A stretch of DNA of 64,000 nucleotides, from the NCBI GenBank assembly GCA_951406725.2, contig OX597842.1:32922001-32986000 (forward strand). Direction: 5' to 3'. Of the stretch, positions 1 through 14,900 are shown piece after piece (the stretch's first letter is position 1; each line of letters begins with the position of its first letter). Under the pieces are notes generated by a model. It ran no database searches. It saw only the letters and a program-made list of their open reading frames with translations, and was not told where the DNA came from. Position numbers and translations under genes: made by a program. The stretch comes from Octopus vulgaris. Its lineage: Eukaryota.

Positions 1-185
1 ACATGGCCTAGTGGTTAGAGCAGCAGACTCACGGTCGGGGGATCGCGCGTTCGAATCTCAGACCGGGTGATGTGTGTGTTTATGAGCGAAACACCTAAGC
101 TCCACGCGACTCCGGCAGAATGTAATGGCGAAACTTCTGCTGACTCTTTCGCCACAACTTTCTCTTACTATTTCCTCCTGCATTT
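1..185 (+). mobile_element. tRNA-derived SINE (family D), 5' part
   Basis: A-box TGGCCTAGTGG and B-box GTTCGAATC; body (gagcgaaacacctaagctccacg...ctctttcgccacaactttctct) matches the reverse complement of 55250-55543. Confidence 0.8.
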
Positions 186-344
186 TGCCTATACGCAACA
201 GAAAACCGAGAAACCGGCCCTTATGAGCCAGGCATCGCTCGAGAAGGAACAAAAACTAGGCACCAGCTTATTTAATGACGAAATTATTTTGCTAAATTCT
301 TCGTAATTTGGTAATATTAATTGAAACAAAAGACAGTCGTATAC

Positions 345-548
345 TATTTTACTTGGTTCAGTCATTTGGCTGTGGCCATGCTGGAGCACGGCCTTTTAGT
401 CGAGCAAATCGACCCCCAGGACTTATTCTTTGTAAGCCTGGTGCTTATTCTATCAGTTCCTTTTGCCGAACCGCTAAGTTACGGGGATGTAAACACACCA
501 GCATCGATTGTCAAGCGATGTTGGGGGACAAACATAGACAGACAAACG

Positions 549-596
<48 letters not shown>

Positions 597-1079
597 ATAA
601 AATATTAGGGAATAAATCCAAACTTACAGGGAAAAATCATTGTTTGATTTGCCTAATAGTGGTTTTATCTCTAATTTAATATAATATATATATATATATA
701 TACACATATACGACGGGCTTCTTTCAGTTTCCGTCTATCAAATCCACTCACAAGGCTTTGGTCAGCCCGAGGCTATAGTAGAATATACTTGCCCAAGGTG
801 CCACGCAGTGGGAATGAACCCGGAACCATGTGGTGAAAAATCATTGTTTGATTTGCCTAATAGTGGTTTTATCTCTAATTTAATATAATATATATATATA
901 TATATATATACATATACGACGGGCTTCTTTCAGTTTCCGTCTATCAAATCTACCCGCAAGGCTTTGGTCGGCCCGAGGCTATAGTAGAAGACACTCGCTC
1001 AAGGTGCCACGCAGTGGGTCTGAACCCGAAACCATGTGGTTGCTATGCAAGCTACTTACCACACAGCCACTCCTACGCC
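345..1079 (-). mobile_element. tRNA-derived CORE-like SINE (family A) with internal microsatellite; locally duplicated head
   Basis: Minus strand reads tRNA-like head, ccttgggcaagt CORE-like motif, central (AT/AC)n, tail ggcggtgctccagcatggccgcagtcaaatgactgaaac; head region duplicated at ~710-835 and ~917-1079. Confidence 0.85.
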
Positions 1080-2591
1080 AAGAAAACTTAAACCTTCATC
1101 CGTCAAAATTCCATGTTAATTTATGGTCCAAACATCAGTTTAATTAATGACGATCTTAGTTTTTTAAATTCTTCATAATTTGGTAATATTTAATTCTTTA
1201 TTGCCTCGGAAGGGAACATTCTAAGCGCAATCCCAACACATAACAGAATGGGTGGGGGGTCTTTACCCTTACCCTTATGGTAACAAAAGTGTTAAAATGA
1301 TCCGCATTAAAATTTTTATGTTAGTTCACGATCCAAACACCAGGTTAATAATGGCAGAGAGACACATATTGGCTGTGTGTACACCGCCTGGGCAGTACAT
1401 AGCTTCCATGTGTACCATTTATATAGACTTTCTGCAGATATGGGTTAGTTTGGTTTGATCATACTGGTTGATAGTTTCTTTAACCCTTTTGGTACCAAAC
1501 CTGTCTGAGACTAATGTTGTATGATAGGAATTTCTGTATTAAGTGATCTAAATCTTTGAAACACTTCTATAAAAATTCCGTGCCAATTTACGTTTCAAAC
1601 ACGAATTTAACAAGGTTACTTTATAAAATTCTTCGTTATTTTGGAAACTGTTTGACACAAATACAAAATATTTCTACAGAAATACGGCTGACCCTTTTGA
1701 TATTTACCCATCTTAGAACGAACCCTAGTTCGGCATATTTTTTTTTTCTAAAAAGATCAAAATTAAAAGCTTCCATCAAAATTTCCTGTTAAGTTCCAAA
1801 CAACAGCTTAATAACGAGGTTATTTTACTAAATTTTTCTTTATTTTCAAAAGAAGTTGAAACAAATGAAATGTATTTCAAACAGGAATATGCGAATAAAA
1901 GAGTTAACCCTTTTGATTTCATCTCATGGTTCTGTACAAACCCTTCTTTTAAAGTGATCGAAATGGAAACCTTTCAGTTTCTTTATTTCTAAATCGAAAC
2001 CTTTGATCAACATTTCCTAACGCCAGCTAAATAAAACATTATTTTTACAAAATTTTTCATTGGCTTCAAATTAATCGACACAAAGTGTATTTGAGCAGGA
2101 ATATGGTAACTAAATGGTTAAAGTGATCTAAGTTAAAACCTGCTTCCATCAAAATTTCCTTACGCCAGCCAAATAAAACAACATCATTTTTTATAAATAT
2201 TTCATTGCTTCCAAATTCATCGAAACGAAGAGTATTTGAACAGAATTAATCAAAGCGTAAATTAGTTTTTCTTAATACAAATATGGTAGCTAAAGGATTA
2301 AAGTGATCGAAATTAAATCCTCCCCTCAAAATTCCATGTTAATTTATGGTCCAAACACCAGATTGATAATACCAAATTTGTTTTATTAAATTCATTATTT
2401 TCAAAATTGCCTGAAACGAAAGGCAGAGAATTTCAACAGTTATATGGTAACAGAAGGGTTAAAGTAATCTTAATTAAAAACCTTCCTTCAAAATTTCTTG
2501 ATTAATAATTTCAGATTAATAATGACAAAATTTTGCCAAAAGTTTATCAAATTCTTCATTATGTTCAAAATTAATTAAAACTAATGCTGTG

Positions 2592-2804
2592 TATTCTGTT
2601 GTGTCTGGGGAGAGTCATTCTCTTTTTGTGCCTTATAATTTAACACACCCACCGGTAAAATTTCCACTCATTTACTTATTTTTATTTTCCTAAAATTTTC
2701 GTTGCGTCTTGCATCCTTTTCAATAGACTTGACTCTTTTACCGGTGATTGTGCTACATTATAAGGCACAAAAATAAAATGACTCTCCCCAGACACAACAG
2801 AATA
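2592..2804. mobile_element. MITE with ~65-bp imperfect terminal inverted repeats, TA-flanked
   Basis: tattctgttgtgtctggggagagtcatt...gtgccttataat is mirrored by attataaggcac...aatgactctccccagacacaacagaata. Confidence 0.75.
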
Positions 2805-2891
2805 TATTCAACACACGAACTCATGTAAAGAATCTTGCAAACCAAATCCAAAAACAAAATGCTGGGTATTTTAACAGATATGGTAAGAAAA

Positions 2892-3120
2892 GGCGGTGAG
2901 CTGGCAGAATCGTTAGCACGCCGGGCGAAATGCTTAGCCGTATTTCGTCTGCCGTTACGTTCTGAGTTCAAATTCCACCGAGGTCGACTTTGCCTTTCAT
3001 CCTTTCGGAGTCGATAAATTAAGCACCAGTTACGCACTGGGGTCGGTGCAATCGACTTGATCCATTTGTCTGTCCTTGTTTTTCTCCTCTATGTTTAGCC
3101 CCTTGTGGGTAATAAAGAAA
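2892..3120 (+). mobile_element. tRNA-derived SINE (family B) with Deu/Nin-like central domain
   Basis: ggcggtgagctggcagaa...gagttcaaattcc head; gcctttcatcctttcggagtcgataaattaagcaccag domain; flanked by a duplicated acagatatggtaa (target-site-like). Confidence 0.85.
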
Positions 3121-3535
3121 CAGATATGGTAACAAAAGGGTTAAAGTGATCTAATTTAAAACACCCAAGGTATTTTACTAAATTCGTTATTTTCAAAATT
3201 AATTAAAATAAATGCTGTTTATTTGAACAGATATATGGTAACAGAAGGGTTAAAGTGATCTTCCATCAAAATTTAATGTTAATTTATGTTCCAAACACCA
3301 AAGGTATTTTACTGAATTCATTAATTTCAAAATTAATCAAAATAAAAGTAGCGTATTTCTACAGATACATTGAAACAAACAGGTTAAATATAACAGCGCG
3401 CAAAGGAATACTCATGAGGGGGTAGATTTTTTTTGGTGGTGGAGCGTTCGAGAATTGATATACAGAGAATTAAATTTCCAATGATTTCAATTTTTCATAA
3501 TGTAAATAATTTCATAATGTAAATAATCAAGATTT

Positions 3536-3925
3536 ACACAAATACTAGAACTGGGCGCCACTGCATAGTGCCAAGGACTCCAAATTTGCCATCAAGATGT
3601 AGGACAAGATACTGCGATAGCCTGGGCTTCAAGGTCAACAGCTCTCCAATAAATATCCTCCCGAAGGACCTGAGAGACCTGCATGGGGTGGATGCAGATG
3701 TCTTCAAAATAAAGCTGGACTTCTTCCTATCAGGTGTCCGTGATGAACTAACTTCACGGCAGGAGGTGCAGATGAGGGCAGCTGCATCGAACTCCCTCAT
3801 GCACCAAATGTCAATAGCTAAAAAGCATTCGTGAAGTAAAATCATGTTGCAACACCGAATGGCGGTGCCCCAGCATGGCCACAGCTAGTGAGCTGAAACT
3901 AGATGATATGAAATGAAAAATGAAA
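3536..3925 (+). mobile_element. 5'-truncated LINE (CR1/L2 group, family L1): RT C-terminus plus 3' UTR
   Basis: Translates ...NILPKDLRDLHGVDADVFKIKLDFFLSGVRDE..., followed by 3' motif ggcggtgccccagcatggccacagct...agctgaaact; second copy at 50090-50440. Confidence 0.8.
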
Positions 3926-4263
3926 AATTACAACCATTTTAAGAAAAATACCAAACTTTGATGCCACTTTCAAAATTTAAACACCTACAGGAGACTGGTT
4001 TTCATGGCGGAAAAGATTCTGAGAAGTCATATATATAAGTTTTTGAGCAACTAACAGTTTTGTGAAGACTGCTTTACTTCAGAGTTAAAACTACATCGGA
4101 GTTCCAAGACAATACCAAACTTCTAAACTTTGATCAAACTACCAAAAATAATATCCCACGAGAAAACAAATTTGAAGCCGACGAGGTTCTTCGATGAGAA
4201 ATCCTATATATATATATAAAATATTTATATATACATACATATACATATATATGTATATATATA

Positions 4264-4414
<151 letters not shown>

Positions 4415-5572
4415 GGTTATCTGGAGTTTAACGACGTTTGCGGTGTTTTGTCGTTTTATATGGTATAATTGTTGGTATTTGGTATTTGAAGGTATTTTGC
4501 AGACTTTGATGTGACAGTAATAAATATCGTATTTAACCCAACGGAAACTGGAGCTGAGGACGGGAGAGGTTTATAGTTTTGCATCCAAGTTTTTGACAAT
4601 TATGAGTATTTAGTTATGTAGGAAAAAGCGCTTCATTTACTGTCGTGGTTTTAAGACAATATTAAACTTTGATCATATTACGAAGCGTGATAATAGTCCA
4701 CGGGGGAGCAGCGTTGAGGGCAAGAGAAGTTTTGATTCTTCTGTATAATTTTTTTTTTAAAGTTTGTGGTCGCTAAATACTTACGCGCCTGCCTAAACGA
4801 TTGTGAAATAGAAGTTACGCGTTTGACGAGAGATAACGACCAGCTTAGGTCAGACAACAAGGGAACCAATCATAATGCGGCTTCTCAGGGGGATTGGTTA
4901 CTTCGAGAATAGCAGAGGGTTTGTATAATATAATATCTTTTCTCTTTTTTTTTTTTTGTCTGTTTCGGTGACGAACAGAGATAGGACAGCGGAAAGAAAA
5001 AAAAAATAAGGGGGTTTTGTAAAAGAAGTTACGCAGTTATTATTTCATATCAAGCGTTTTATATAATGCCTTTTGAAAGAAAATTACTTCCGAACGGTGC
5101 AATTTGCATTGTCACAAAATCTCCGAAGCTAACTTATTGAGCAAGAACAAAAACGAATAATACATCCAGCAACCCCCAAACCCCTTACAACTTTTACTTT
5201 CACTTTCATTTTCGTGCAAGCAGTGATATCGCTATTTACAGGTGTGTCTTTTTTAAACGGGTGCTGCTTACTTAACTGTGTATAAGTGTCCATCGATTAA
5301 CTATCGTTGTTAATGTGCTTGTTGTTATTGTTGCTGTTGTTGTTGCAGGTGGTGATGGTGATGGTGATGGTGATGGTTTTGGTGAAGAGGAAGTTAGCCT
5401 TTGTTGTATTTATTTTCGTTATTGTCTTTGTTAAAAGTGTGTGTGTGTGTGTGTGTGAGCAGGAATATTCTTTCTCTTCAAATCATCGCAGCGTTTTATT
5501 GTTAACCGAGGTCCGACAGATTTAGCCCCAGGTCAGTGCACCCGGAGCAACGACAAACGTATGTATTGCAGT

Positions 5573-5671
5573 CACTATCATCATCATCATCACCACCACC
5601 ATCATCATGATCATGATCATCACCACCACCACCACCACCACCACCACCACCACCACCACCACCACCATCAC

Positions 5672-5717
<46 letters not shown>

Positions 5718-5907
5718 GCTATCATTGCCATCATCACTATCATTATCGTCGTGATCATCATAAACATCATCATCCTCATCATCATCTTCCTTGTCGTCTT
5801 TGTCATCTTTGTCGTCCCCGTTGTCATCATCATCATTACTATTATCATTATTGTTATTATTATTATTATTATTATTATCATTATTAATAATAATAATAAT
5901 AAAAATA

Positions 5908-5976
<69 letters not shown>

Positions 5977-6170
5977 GTAATATTAATATTATTATTATTG
6001 TTGTTGTTGTTGTTGTTGTAGCTGTTGCTATTATTATTAAAAGAAACAATATTTGAAAACATTAAAAAACAATAATCAAAGAAAAAGCAACAGCAACAAC
6101 AACAACAACAACAACAACAACAAAAACAATAATAGTAATAATAATGAGGAGGAGGATAATGATGATGATA
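5573..6170. repeat. Compound trinucleotide microsatellite (CAT/CAC/TTA/GAT/TAA/GTT/CAA)
   Basis: Directly visible. Confidence 0.95.
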
Positions 6171-6510
6171 AGTGGGGGTGCATCATAGCCATGTGTTGAG
6201 ATGAATTGTTAGAGGTTTGGATAATTCACCTTTGGAAACATGGGTGTTTCGCTCAAAATCCTTAAACAACCCTTATTCAGGTACCTTTTGAGCAGGATGG
6301 GTTACTAGACCTGAGGAAAATTCTAACTGGGCCCCACCTGCAAGGTCATGTACTGTTTATCTTGATATGAGATCACCATGTCGCGCACATATGGTTGTGA
6401 TGCATGTGCCTGGTGTACCCTTATCAGACGGGTAGTCATGATGGGTATACTGGGCTTCGTATATTTGTACCCCAGTGTCACTTTGATGGCATGAACTGCT
6501 CTCTCACTCA
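6171..6510 (+). mobile_element. 3' fragment of a (TAA)n-associated non-LTR element (Dong/R4-like by target preference)
   Basis: Close match to the reverse complement of 27092-27430; both copies end ...ctctctcactc followed directly by a (TAA)n tract. Confidence 0.6.
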
Positions 6511-6519
6511 ATAATAATG

Positions 6520-6577
<58 letters not shown>

Positions 6578-6609
6578 CGGTGATTTTAAATTTTCTTTTA
6601 ACGTTTATC

Positions 6610-7360
<751 letters not shown>

Positions 7361-7371
7361 GATAACAATAA

Positions 7372-7560
7372 GAGGTTTTCAAATTTTAATACAAGGTCAG
7401 TAATTTCGATGGGAAGGTCATTATTCGATTCTAGCAATACCAGGCCTAGAAATGTACTTAACTCTACCTACCACGACCCCAGGATTCGATGAAAGTCGAA
7501 GTCCACTCCTCTGAGATATGAACTCAAAACGTAAAAAGCGAAAAAATGATAATATGCAAA
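7372..7560 (-). mobile_element. Old family B (Nin-like) SINE
   Basis: Degenerate gatgaaagtcgaagtccact...tgaactcaaaacgtaa (reverse complement of the head/domain). Confidence 0.5.
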
Positions 7561-7972
7561 ACAGTCTAACTGTCTATATATATACATATAGACGTATATA
7601 CACATATGTAAATATACACACACAAACGATATCATCATAGATTTAAAATCTGCTCTCTCACTCTCTTTCTCACTTACTGGCTCTCTTTCCCAATCTGTAT
7701 ATATATATATATACACATACATATGCATATATATATACATAGACAAAATCATCTATATATGCATATGTATATGTATGTGTATATATATGCATATATGTGT
7801 GTATATATATATATAACATATATATATATATACAGTAAAATATATGTATATGTATATTAATATACATATATATATATATATTATGTATATGTAAACATAT
7901 ATATGTATATATATATATATATATTATGTATATGTAAACATATATATGTATGTATATGTATACATATATATG

Positions 7973-8040
<68 letters not shown>

Positions 8041-8413
8041 TGTATGTATTTATGTCTGATTGTATTTTAGAGGTTTGTTCTTCTGTAGCTTTCTTTTTCT
8101 ATTGTCATTTCGTATCGTTTGCCTCTTTTGTTTTACTTAAGTGATGCGCAGAAGAGATGAGAGAGAGACAGAGAGAAAGAGAGAAAGACGGGGTAGAGAC
8201 AGAGAAATGGAAGAATGGAGACTCGACTGAACGACACTCTTGCTATCCCTACATCTTAGACTCACTTCAATCGCTGATATACATATATGTATATACACAT
8301 TCATATATATATATATATATATGAGTATCAATACGTATATTTTTGTAGATACGTATATGCATATATATATATGTACATTTATATACATATATATATATAC
8401 GTATATATATAAC

Positions 8414-8454
<41 letters not shown>

Positions 8455-8728
8455 ATATCCTTATGTACATATATATATTTATTATTACTATTACGCGTAT
8501 ATACATATATATATATAAATACATAGATATATATGTTGAATATATATACATGGATATATACGTATATATATATTGGGTCTCTTATAAATATATGCTTACA
8601 TTATATATATGTATACTTATATATACATATATCTATGTAAAAGTATATATACATACGATTGTATATGCGGCGCATTATAACTATATATTAATATACATTT
8701 GTATGTCTGTATATATTATAATATATAC

Positions 8729-8767
<39 letters not shown>

Positions 8768-8868
8768 TAAATATAAATGCATACATATACATATATGTAC
8801 ATATATATGTATAAATGTAAATGTAAATATAATATATACATATATATATATATATATAAATACATTTA

Positions 8869-8960
<92 letters not shown>

Positions 8961-9228
8961 GATGTAGGTATACCAATATATCAAAAGGAATCCAGGTGTC
9001 GCCACCGCCAACCACTTCGCTCTATTTAAGGCTTATCTCATATCGGCTGCAAGAACGAACGTACAGGAGGGTGGGAGGTACCACGTCGGAAGTGGTGGGG
9101 GTGGCTAAAAGGGAGAGTCCGGCCAAGTGTTATAATCCCATCTACTCAGGCCAGTGGTCAACTTTAACATCTTTTAATAGATGCACATACACCCGACGGC
9201 GCATGCGCCTATATATATATACCTATAG

Positions 9229-9270
<42 letters not shown>

Positions 9271-9276
9271 GCATAT

Positions 9277-9310
<34 letters not shown>

Positions 9311-9622
9311 TTGTATATATATACATATATACATACATATGTATATATACATGAATATGAAGGTCCATTTGTATACCCGTGAATATATAGACACACACAT
9401 ATAGATACATATATACATATATATGTATAATTATATCTCTGTATACGTATGTATGTATACATGTATATGTATATATGTATATGCGTGTATATGTATGTAG
9501 ATATATATTCACATATGTATATAGACATATATATATATATGTTTAGTCCCCTCCTCTATGTTTCTTTATTGTTCATTATTAATATTCACTGGGTAACTGG
9601 CACGCCCATATATGTATGTATA

Positions 9623-9654
<32 letters not shown>

Positions 9655-9717
9655 AAAGTTTATACATACATACATTAAACAGTATACGAACCTATATTAA
9701 CTATAATACATAGACTG

Positions 9718-9786
<69 letters not shown>

Positions 9787-9965
9787 GATAACTATATTAT
9801 ATGTGTATACATATATGTATATATATATATTATAATATATCCACATATACCTATGCATACATATATATATATATATTATAATATATCCATATACCTATAT
9901 ATATATATATATATATACATATAAATATATATAAATATATGAATATATATACATATATATATGCG

Positions 9966-10017
<52 letters not shown>

Positions 10018-10053
10018 CAATATAAATATTTATAAATATATGAATATATATGC

Positions 10054-10122
<69 letters not shown>

Positions 10123-10319
10123 CAACTACACACACAGACACAGGTCCCCATGTACACACGTGTGTGTTGTAATCTTGATCCTTCTTCTCCTTCTTCTTCT
10201 TCTTCCGTTAATTCCCTCTTAATTAATCAACAAACTCAACACAATGTAACACCAGCAAGCAAATGGATTTCCAGTTCTTTCTCATCTCGTTTCTCTTCAG
10301 ACGCCATTGTCTTCCGCAC

Positions 10320-10940
10320 TCTCCATCCCTCCCTGCCTCCTCCTCTTCTCCTTCTTCTTCTTCTTCTTCTTCTTCTCCTTCTTCTTCTTCTTCTTCTTCT
10401 TCTTCTTCTTCTTCTTTTTTTCTTCTCTTCTTCTTCTTCTTCTTCTTCTTCTTCCTTCTTCTCCTTCTTCTCCTTCTTCTCCTTCTTCTTCTTCTTCTTC
10501 TTCTCTTCTCTTTCTTCTTTTTCTTCTTCTTCTTCTTCTTCGTCTTCTCTTCTCTTCTTCCTCTTCCTCTTCTTCTTCTTCTTCTTCTTCTTCTTCTTTT
10601 TCTTCTGCCACCTCCGCTTCCACTTCACTTCTGTTTCTTCTTCTTCTTCTTCTTCTTCTTCTTCTTCTTCTTCTTCTTCTTCTTCTTCTCCTTCCTCTTC
10701 TTCTTCTTCTCCTTCTTCTCCTTCTTCTTCTTCTTCTTCTTCTTCTTCTTCTTCTTCTTCTTCTTCTTCTTCTTCTTCTTCTTCTTCTTCTTCTTCTTCT
10801 TCTTCTTCTTTCTTCTTCTTCTTCTTCTTCTTCTTCTTCCTCTTCGTTCTTCTTCTTCTTCTTCTTCTTCTTCGTCTTCCTCTTCGTCTTCTTCTTCTTC
10901 CTGTTCCTCTTCTTCTTCTTCGTCTTCCTCTTCGTCTTCT

Positions 10941-10972
<32 letters not shown>

Positions 10973-11145
10973 TTCTTCTTCTTCTTCTTTTTCTTCTGCC
11001 ACCTCCTCTTCCACTTCTCACTCATCTGTTTCTTCTTCTTCTTCTTCTTCTTCTTCTTCTTCTTCTTCTTCTTCTTCTTCTTCTCCTCCTCCTCCTCCTC
11101 CTCCTCCTCCTCCTCCTCCTCCTCCTCCACCTCCTCCTCCTCCTA
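10320..11145. repeat. Long (TTC)n/(CTC)n polypyrimidine-polypurine tract
   Basis: ~800 bp almost entirely C/T on the + strand. Confidence 0.95.
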
Positions 11146-11207
11146 AATTTACTCCACCAACGCCTAAGCACCCCTTGTCTCTTATCACCGTCTCGTTTCA
11201 TAACTTG

Positions 11208-12085
11208 TGAAGGCGCGCGTGGCTTTCTGGTTAAGATGTTCGCCTCGCGATCGTAACGTTGTGAGTTCGATTCCCGGACCGGACCGAGCTGTGTGTTGTG
11301 CCCTTGAACAAAGCCCTTCATTTCACGTTGCTCCAGTCTCATTCAGCTGGCAAAAATGAGTTGCACCTTTAATTTCAAAGGGGGCCAAACTTGCCATAAT
11401 CTCTGTCCTGCTGAATCTACATTAAACGTACACGTGTCTGTGGTGTACTCAGCCACTTGCACGTTAACTACATAAACTGGAACCCTCGTTGTCGTAAACA
11501 ATGTAGTACCAGTTATCTCTCGTCCTCTCAATCCAATTAACTGACAAAATTGTTTTGTACCTGTAATTCAAACGGGGCCAACCTTACCACATTCTGTGTC
11601 AGTCTGAACCTCCCTGAGAACTACATTAAGGGTACACATGTCTATGGTGTACTCAGCCACTTGCATGACTATTTCACAAAATGGCTGTTCTATTGATCAA
11701 ATAAACTGGAGCACCTTCGAGGACCCATTTATCCGACGAGGAACCTTTGACTTGTGAGGCCCCGTGGCTTAGCTGTTAGGTTATTCGGACCACGTTCATA
11801 TGGCCGTGTGTTCGAATCCTAGTGATGCATTGTGTTCTTGAGCAAGTCCCTTTATGTCATATTGCTTCTGTCCTCACAGCTAGCAAAATTGAACAGTACC
11901 TGTAATTTCAAAAGGGGATCAGCCCTTTGAGATTCTGTGTCGCACTGAATCTTTCCTGAGAACTACGTTAAGGGGTTACGCATGCCTGTGGAGTACTCAG
12001 CCACATGTATGTTAATTTCAAAGGGGGGAGGGCTGTTCCCTTGTTTGGATTCAGTGCAAACTTCGTCGTCGAAACCGACGGAGTA
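11208..12085 (+). mobile_element. Two to three tandem tRNA-derived SINEs (family C, CORE/Meta-like domain)
   Basis: Heads at ~11208 and ~11755 (gttcgattcc, gttcgaatcc); cttgagcaag...cactcagctgg domain; tails gtggagtactcagccacttgc; partial body at 11555-11740. Confidence 0.75.
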
Positions 12086-12109
12086 CCACTTTCATCTTCA
12101 TCGCCATCA

Positions 12110-12345
<236 letters not shown>

Positions 12346-12662
12346 TTCTTCATCAGTGGCTATAGTTGTTTAGCACCAGGTCATTTCTGATCCATATATA
12401 TATATATATACAAACATATACATATAGACATATTTATATAAATATACGAAATCTAGCTCTAGAGTGTATATAAGTAAAGAAAAGAATTTATGATATATAC
12501 ATACATTCATATATATATATGTATATCTATGTACGGTTATACATTTATATACACATTTATATATTCATAAATAGGTATATAAATATATAAATATATAAAT
12601 ATAGATATGTATTTATGTATATAAAAATATGAATATAGATATATACATATACATACATATAT

Positions 12663-12749
<87 letters not shown>

Positions 12750-13410
12750 TGAATAGATAAAAAGTTTGATAGATATTTATATATAAATTACTATATATAT
12801 ATATATATATATATTTGAAAACGTCTTATATAAGTATATATGCATATATATGCATATACGAGAACGTTTTATATACCTGTATATATATATGTCTATAAAT
12901 ACGCACACGTGTGTGGTAGCCCTATCAGGTAAAAAAATAAATTTGTTTATAGTTTTTATCTAAATTTGTAATTATTTATACTTTGTACTACTAAATTCAC
13001 TTAGTGAATTTCTTTACATTCCACTGTGTCCCTCGCATATATATATACACTTTTCTATATATACATATATATGTCTAAAAATTATTACATACGGTCATAT
13101 ATATCTATACATGTATGTGTATATATATATATTTAGAAATGTGTATATATATATACATATATAAGACCGTCCACCCACGCACACATACACATTTATATGC
13201 ATCTGTGTATGTGCACTGAGATATATATATATATATACATACATATGATCTCCCTCTCTGTCTATATAACGATTTATCTATTTCTGTATATATATATATA
13301 TATATATATACATATATACATATATATATCTACACGTAAACACAGAAACCTATGTACATATATAAATATATATAGAAATACATATATATATATATATTTA
13401 TATGTATACA

Positions 13411-13532
<122 letters not shown>

Positions 13533-13592
13533 AAAATATATGTGTATACATAAAATACGTAAACATATATTTCACTATCTCTGTCTATACTA

Positions 13593-13633
<41 letters not shown>

Positions 13634-14224
13634 CATGCGTCAAGATACACCTATATAAATAAAGACACAAACACACTCACAAATACACACATATATACAT
13701 AAATATTTATATTGTTGTTATTACATTATGCTTCGATATACGTTCTAATGTATATCATATTAGAGTGTTATTACATTATAATTACATTGTATCGCTCACC
13801 GTGTTTAGGTCTCTCTCTAAAAGGCGAGGTACGTCGAGGGTCAACGGAGGTAAAATTTTAAGCGGACATTTTAAAATGGGCGACTTGTGAAAGTTAACAA
13901 GATTTTGAAGGCATCACTATAACCACCATCACCATCACCACTACCACCACATCATCATCATCATCAGCATCACTATCAGGACCAACATGAAGATGGCATG
14001 GGTGGTAGTGAGGGTGGTGTGGTTGGTGTGAATGTTGTGTTTCGCTTATCTATGTTCTTCCCTCTGATTAGAGTTCATATTTGTATAGACCCAACTGATC
14101 AGAAAAGGTTTCTGAAAGTTATTCCGGGTTCCCTACGGAATTAGGGACTCATACAGTCCTTCATTATGAGCCTGGGTCTGCACAACAAGAACAAAACGAG
14201 CAACAGCAACTATAGGCAATAATA

Positions 14225-14900
14225 GTGTCACAACTGGATCATCTTTGATCATAGATCTGTGTGGATCAGCACTGACCTGGGGTTAAACAACAACTATATC
14301 CACTAATACTAAATACTGTACTATCCATTAGATAATGTAGTCCTAGTTACACTATGCCTGAATAAAAGACGAGATGGTCACAGCTGGAACATCTTTGATC
14401 ATAGGTCTGTCTGGATCAGGACTGACCAAGGGTTAAAAACAACAGCAATAACTATAGCCTCTAACTACTATACTATACATTAGATAATGTAGTCCTAGAT
14501 ACACTATGCCTGAATAAACGATGGGATGGTCACAGCTGGAATATCTTTGATCATAGGTCTGCCTGGATCAGGACTGACTTGGGGTTAAACAAAAATAACT
14601 ATAGCCACTAATACTAACTACTATACTATACATAAGATAATGTAGTTCTAGGTACACTATGCCTGAATAAAAAGAGTGATGGTCACAGCTGGAACATCTT
14701 TGATCGTTGGTATGTCTGGATCAGAGCTGACCTGGGGCTAAATAAACACAGAAAGAATTACAGCCACTAATAGTAACTAATATGCCGCACATTATATAAT
14801 GGAGTCCTAGATACACTATGTTTCAATAAATTTGTGTGATGTTCACGGCTGGAATGTATTTGCACGTAGATTTGCTGTACCTAGACAAACCTTTAACTAA
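14225..14900 (+). repeat. Tandem array (~4.5 units) of the ~153-bp repeat
   Basis: Unit: ctatagccactaatactaactactatactatacattagataatgtagtcctagatacactatgcctgaataaaagatgggatggtcacagctggaacatctttgatcataggtctgtctggatcaggactgacctggggttaaacaacaa. Confidence 0.9.

Larger units (their letters stand above)
260..3390 (+). repeat. Cluster/tandem array of an AT-rich TTAA-flanked MITE-like unit (~160-200 bp), interrupted by other elements
   Basis: Recurring aagtgatctaaattaaaacc-ttccatcaaaatt...atatggtaacaaaagggttaa; left ends ttaacccttttg at 1480 and ~1905 are inverted relative to right ends caaaagggttaa (TTAA/CCC, piggyBac-like termini). Confidence 0.65.

Noticed and set aside
1-70. tRNA gene
   Set aside because: A/B boxes continue into a SINE body also found at 55232-55543; no proper acceptor stem
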